A stretch of DNA of 64,000 nucleotides, from positions 27,202-91,201 of the forward strand of contig CAZYPO010000001.1 in NCBI GenBank assembly GCA_964649225.1, given 5' to 3'. The notes under the pieces are model-generated. The model did no database searches. It worked only from the letters and a program-made list of their open reading frames with translations, and had not been told where the DNA came from. The DNA is from an uncultured Gemmatimonas sp. GTDB lineage: Bacteria; Gemmatimonadota; Gemmatimonadetes; Gemmatimonadales; GWC2-71-9. The position numbers and the translations under genes were made by a program. Of the stretch, positions 59,056 through 64,000 are shown one piece after another; position 1 is the stretch's first letter, and each line of letters begins with the position of its first letter.

Positions 59056-60453
59056 TCAGACCAGATCTTCGGGAAATTCTTGCAGCGTCGCCCGCAGATC
59101 GGCCAGGAAGCGGTCGGCGTCCGCTCCGTCGACGATGCGGTGATCGAAGGACAGGGCCAGCATCCCCAGCGTGCGGATACCGAGGCTATCGCTGCCGTCC
59201 GTCGCGGCCACCACCGCCGGGCGCTTCCCGATGGCGCCCACCGCGAGGATGCCCGACTGCGGCTGGTTGAGCACTGGTAAGCCGACAAACGTCCCGAACA
59301 CCCCGGGATTGGTGATGGTGAACGTGCCCTTCTGCACCTCGTCAGGTGAAAGCTTCTTGGCCCTGGCCCGCTCGGCCAGGTCGTTGATTGCCCGCGCGGT
59401 CCCGAGGAGGTTGAGCTCGTCCGCGCGGCGGATCACCGGAACGATGAGTCCCCAGTCCATCGCGACAGCGATCCCCAGATTGATCTCGCGGCGATACAGC
59501 GTGCTTTCGCCCATCACCGCCGCGTTGAGCACCGGGTGTTTGCGAAGATTGCGCGCAACCGCGGACGCCACGAAGGCCAGGAAAGTGAGACTGACGCCGC
59601 GCGCGGCATAGTCCGCCTTCTTCCTTACGCGGAGGCCGGCAATCCGGCTGTAATCGACCTCGATCATGCTGTGGACGTGCGCCGAGACCCGGCGCGACAT
59701 GACCATGTGATCGGCGGTGAGCTTGCGGATCCGCGACCACGGCTCGACCCGATCGCCCTCCCAGGGCTCCACGACCGGACCCGGAACTACGCGGACTCCG
59801 GCGCCGACGGCGAGATCGGGAACGGACGCGCGATCGGGCGGGTGTGCGGTTTGCCCATCCGGGGCCGGCGACGCCGTGACTCCTGACTCGAGGTAGGACA
59901 GCACATCGCTCTTGGTCACCCGGCCGGCCATGCCGGAGCCCGGAATGGTGGTGAGATCGAGATTGTGTTCCGCGGCGATCTTGCGAACCAGCGGAGTGGA
60001 CTTACGGCGCAGGCGATCCTCGAGCGATTCGTCCACCGGCGAATCGGACGGGCGGTCCGGCGGCCGGGCGGAGGAAGGCTGGGGCGCCGGGGTACGCGCG
60101 AGGGCCGCTCTGGGCGCCGGCGGCGGCGTGGGCTCCGACGGTTTGGGAGGCGGCGCGAGTGGCGGCGCCGGGGTTGCGGCCTGGGGAGGCGCTGCCGCCG
60201 CCCCGGCGCTCGCTTCCGTCTCCAGCCGGGCCACGACGGTCTGCACCGGCACGGTCTGCCCTTCCGGGACAAGAATCTCCGCCAACACTCCCGCCGAAGG
60301 CGCCGGGATCTCGGCGTCCACCTTGTCCGTCGAAATCTCGAACATGGGCTCGTCCCGTTTGACCGGATCGCCCACCTTTTTCAGCCACTTGGACAGCGTG
60401 CCCTCGGCGATGGACTCGCCCATCTGGGGCATCACGACGTCAATCCTCGCCAT
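59056..60453 (-). CDS. dihydrolipoamide acyltransferase (E2) of a 2-oxoacid dehydrogenase complex
   Basis: Lipoyl domain 'MPQMGESIAEGTLSKWLKKVGDPVKRDEPMFEISTDKVDAEIPAP', Pro/Ala linkers, an E3-binding segment, and catalytic 'LSFDHRIVDGADADRFL'. Confidence 0.92.
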   Translation of the reverse strand: MARIDVVMPQMGESIAEGTLSKWLKKVGDPVKRDEPMFEISTDKVDAEIPAPSAGVLAEILVPEGQTVPVQTVVARLETEASAGAAAAPPQAATPAPPLAPPPKPSEPTPPPAPRAALARTPAPQPSSARPPDRPSDSPVDESLEDRLRRKSTPLVRKIAAEHNLDLTTIPGSGMAGRVTKSDVLSYLESGVTASPAPDGQTAHPPDRASVPDLAVGAGVRVVPGPVVEPWEGDRVEPWSRIRKLTADHMVMSRRVSAHVHSMIEVDYSRIAGLRVRKKADYAARGVSLTFLAFVASAVARNLRKHPVLNAAVMGESTLYRREINLGIAVAMDWGLIVPVIRRADELNLLGTARAINDLAERARAKKLSPDEVQKGTFTITNPGVFGTFVGLPVLNQPQSGILAVGAIGKRPAVVAATDGSDSLGIRTLGMLALSFDHRIVDGADADRFLADLRATLQEFPEDLV

Positions 60454-60507
60454 GCGGGGAGCTCCGATCAAAGTCGGACCGTCAGGACGGTCGGCCGGAC
60501 CACTCCC

Positions 60508-60529
60508 GTCCCCACTGTCCTCACCGTCC
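60508..60529 (-). repeat. second copy of the 22-nt G-rich post-stop motif GGACGGTGAGGACRGTGGGGWC
   Basis: Minus strand here reads GGACGGTGAGGACAGTGGGGAC, versus GGACGGTGAGGACGGTGGGGTC at 4900-4879 (20/22 identical). Both copies begin within 20 nt of an upstream stop codon, in the same reading-frame register (CGG TGA GGA CRG TGG GG). Confidence 0.8.
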
Positions 60530-60532
60530 GTC

Positions 60533-61513
60533 CTAGTACGCCGCCAGCCAGCGACACGCCCGTACTATATCCCCGGTCTGCGGCAGCACGAAATCCTCGA
60601 GGGGAGGCGCATAGGGTAGCGGGACGTCGTGCGCGCACACGCGCTTGACCGGCGCGTCCAACCACTCGAAGGCCAGCTCGTTGATTCGGGCGGTGATTTC
60701 GCCCGCCACCCCGCCGGTCCGGGTATCCTCGTGGACGATCAGCACGCGATTGGTGCGCTTGACCGCGCTGATGATCGCCTCGGTGTCGAGCGGCAGCAGG
60801 GTGCGCAGATCGATCACCTCCACCGCGAGGCCGTCCTCGCGTTCGAGCAGCGCCGCCGCCTCGAGGGACTTCCACAGCATTGCGGACCAGGTCAGGATCG
60901 AGAGATCGCGACCTGCCCGCACTGTCCGCGCCTGGCCAATCGGCGTGAGGATCTCCTCCCCCTCGGGTAAATCCTCTTTGATGCGCCGGTAGAGGTACTT
61001 GTGCTCGAAATAGAGCACGGGATCCTCATCGCGGATGGCAGCCTTGATCAGCCCCTTGGCGTCCCGCGCCGTGGCGGGTGCCACGATCTTGAGCCCGGGC
61101 GTGTGCAGGAAGGCCGCCTCGGGATTCTGCGAATGGAACGGGCCCCCGCGCACAAATCCGCCTGCCGGCCCGCGCACAACGAGGGGCGTCGCGAGGCCAG
61201 CCCGGTAGCGCGCGGTGGCGACATAGTTGGTGAGGATCGAGTAGGCGCAGGAGATGAAATCGATGAACTGCATTTCACACACCGGGCGGAGCCCCATGTG
61301 CGCGGCACCGGCCGCGGCGCCCACGATGGCGGTTTCGGCGATCGGGGTGTCGATGACCCGTTCCGCACCGAAGCGCTTCTGGAATCCTTCGGTGACCTTG
61401 AACGCCCCGCCATAGTTGCCGACGTCCTCACCCAGGATGAACACGCGTTCGTCGCGGGCCATCTCTTCCGCGAGTCCGTCACGCAGTGCTTCGAGGTAAG
61501 TGACCTCAGCCAT
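60533..61513 (-). CDS. 2-oxoacid dehydrogenase E1 component, beta subunit
   Basis: 'VFILGEDVGNYGGAFKVTEGF..RVIDTPIAE', transketolase-like Pyr and C-terminal domains. Confidence 0.93.
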   Translation of the reverse strand: MAEVTYLEALRDGLAEEMARDERVFILGEDVGNYGGAFKVTEGFQKRFGAERVIDTPIAETAIVGAAAGAAHMGLRPVCEMQFIDFISCAYSILTNYVATARYRAGLATPLVVRGPAGGFVRGGPFHSQNPEAAFLHTPGLKIVAPATARDAKGLIKAAIRDEDPVLYFEHKYLYRRIKEDLPEGEEILTPIGQARTVRAGRDLSILTWSAMLWKSLEAAALLEREDGLAVEVIDLRTLLPLDTEAIISAVKRTNRVLIVHEDTRTGGVAGEITARINELAFEWLDAPVKRVCAHDVPLPYAPPLEDFVLPQTGDIVRACRWLAAY

Positions 61514-62555
61514 CCAGCCTCCGGTACCACTCGAGCTCCGCGTCGGCTGGATCGCTGAGGACGCCCTCCAGCGCCGAGGCCGGCTCGGGAAGCGGCTCGT
61601 TCTCGCAGGCGGCGACCGCGGCGTCGATTTCGGCGTTGATCCTCGAGTCGATGGCCTCCAGCTCTCCCGCAGCAGCCCAGCCAGCCTCGCTGAGCTGCTT
61701 CTGGTAGCGCTCGATGGGATCCTTGGCGGCCCAGGCTTCCAGCTCCTCCTTGGGAACGTACGACTGGTTGTCGTGCTCGGCGTGCCCCTTGCGCCGATAG
61801 GTCAGCAGCTCGATCAGGGTGACTCCGCCGCCGGCGCGCGCCCGTTCGACCGCGTTGCGGGTGACCTCGTAGACCGCCAGCACGTCGTTGCCGTCCGCCT
61901 GCTCGCCGGGGACGCCATAACCCGCGGCCTTTTCGACCAGGAACTTCACCGCGGTCTGCTTCTCCATCGGCGTCGAGTACGCATACCCGTTGTTCTCGGC
62001 GATCACCACCAGCGGGAGTTTCTGCACCGCGGCGAAGTTCATCCCCTCGTGAAAGGCACCGGTGCTCATGGCGCCGTCACCCACATACACGAGCCCCACC
62101 CGCGGCTCTCGCCGCATCCGGAAGGAGAGGGTGATGCCCGCCATGACCGGGACCATGTCGCCCAGGTGGGAGATCTGCCCGATGAAGCCGCGCTGCAGGT
62201 CGTTGAAGTGGATGTTGAGCTCGCGGCCGTGGGTGGGACTTTCCGCCTTGGCCATGTACTGGCGCAAGACCTCGACGGGCGTTGCGCCCTGCACCAGCAT
62301 GGAGCCGAGGTTGCGGATCAGCGGCGAGAGGATGTCGCCCTTGACGCGGTCCAGCGCGTAGGCACTGCCCACCGAGTCCGCCTCCTGTCCCAGCGAGCGG
62401 AACAGGCCGCCGATCACCTTGGTTTGCCGGTACAGATTGACCAGCTTCTCCTCCAGCGAGCGGGTCAGCCGCATCCAGTAGTACAACTCGAGCAACTGGG
62501 CGCGGCTCAGTCCACTGGGGAGCGGCAAGGTCCGGGTGGATAGCGTCGAGGACAT
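61506..62555 (-). CDS. 2-oxoacid dehydrogenase E1 component, alpha subunit (TPP-binding)
   Basis: Trimmed to ATG 62555. TPP motif 'YVGDGAMSTGAFHEGMNFAAV..VVIAENNGYA'. 8-nt overlap with the E1beta start. Confidence 0.9.
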   Translation of the reverse strand: MSSTLSTRTLPLPSGLSRAQLLELYYWMRLTRSLEEKLVNLYRQTKVIGGLFRSLGQEADSVGSAYALDRVKGDILSPLIRNLGSMLVQGATPVEVLRQYMAKAESPTHGRELNIHFNDLQRGFIGQISHLGDMVPVMAGITLSFRMRREPRVGLVYVGDGAMSTGAFHEGMNFAAVQKLPLVVIAENNGYAYSTPMEKQTAVKFLVEKAAGYGVPGEQADGNDVLAVYEVTRNAVERARAGGGVTLIELLTYRRKGHAEHDNQSYVPKEELEAWAAKDPIERYQKQLSEAGWAAAGELEAIDSRINAEIDAAVAACENEPLPEPASALEGVLSDPADAELEWYRRLDG

Positions 62556-62595
62556 GGCCTGGGCAGGGGAATGCAACTTGCAAGCGGGTAAAGAT

Positions 62596-62727
62596 TTACC
62601 GCGACGGACTATGAGTCAAGCTCGGTCGAGCAGCTTCCGCCGGGCCTTTGGCGCTCAGCCGGGTGGCGCGCCGCCACCAGAAAAACACACCGGCGACCAG
62701 GAGGAGCGCGACACCCGCGAGGAGCAA
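62596..62727 (-). CDS. candidate small single-TM protein (43 aa) downstream of the H+-PPase gene
   Basis: A perfect SD, TAAGGAGGT (62747-39), starts at the hppA stop. The in-frame TTG 62727 opens (M)LLAGVALLLVAGVFFWWRRATRLSAKGPAEAARPSLTHSPSR*. The SD-to-start spacing of 12 nt is long. There is no homology evidence. Confidence 0.2.
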   Translation of the reverse strand: MLLAGVALLLVAGVFFWWRRATRLSAKGPAEAARPSLTHSPSR

Positions 62728-62744
62728 CCGAACCGGCGACCTCC

Positions 62745-64000
<1,256 letters not shown>

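Noticed and set aside
60454-60507. Imperfect hairpins (GGACGG..CCGTCC, GGTC..GACC) in the E1beta-E2 spacer, considered as an intrinsic terminator.
   Set aside because: The stems are short and interrupted and no U-tract follows. E2 almost certainly needs read-through from E1beta.

Overview
This is a 64-kb, visibly high-GC (not computed) chromosomal segment from a diderm bacterium. It carries Tol-Pal, LptD, BamD and SusC/SusD; gene content and composition are reminiscent of Gemmatimonadota, which is inference only. I call about 64 protein genes and one tRNA-Leu(CAG). All but four features are on the minus strand; the exceptions are rpmB, the tRNA, one secreted hypothetical and a cupin. Genes are very tightly packed, and 16 junctions are 4-nt ATGA/GTGA stop/start overlaps.

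Gene content, in ascending coordinates (the mainly minus-strand genes are transcribed in the opposite order):
- ispB, a large TPR protein, and an orphan hutH
- a tolQ-tolR-tolA-like-tolB-pal-cpoB string ending in a stop-free TatC+LptD ORF
- LysM protein and ssb
- rimI-tsaB-tsaE-uvrB
- EVE-rel-radC
- mazEF
- secA-nadD
- bamD with two coupled upstream genes
- a nucleotide-sugar block (uxs, ugd, WbpA/E/D-like, gmd, rmd) interrupted by murB and carB
- rpmB and the rpmJ-rpsM-rpsK-rpsD-rpoA-rplQ operon
- pyrF, pyrD, an amidase, smpB
- a moeB-rhodanese fusion and an Rrf2 regulator
- a SusC/SusD pair
- aspA, cupin, MBL hydrolase, trxB, PHP phosphoesterase
- a 2-oxoacid dehydrogenase E1alpha/E1beta/E2 set
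- a partial H+-PPase

I saw no rRNA, CRISPR, transposase, integrase or phage genes, so this is mostly core genome.

Most unusual observations:
- The TatC-LptD single ORF.
- Two conserved enzymes whose N-termini lack any ATG/GTG/TTG start and instead sit on CTGA junctions.
- Back-to-back CATATG divergent start codons.
- A probably leaderless mazEF with twin GTAATTAC palindromes.
- A G-quadruplex-type 8-nt repeat across the tolB start.
- A 22-nt G-rich motif found in-frame just after two stop codons 55 kb apart.

All functional calls come from motif recognition by eye. No BLAST or HMM search was run.
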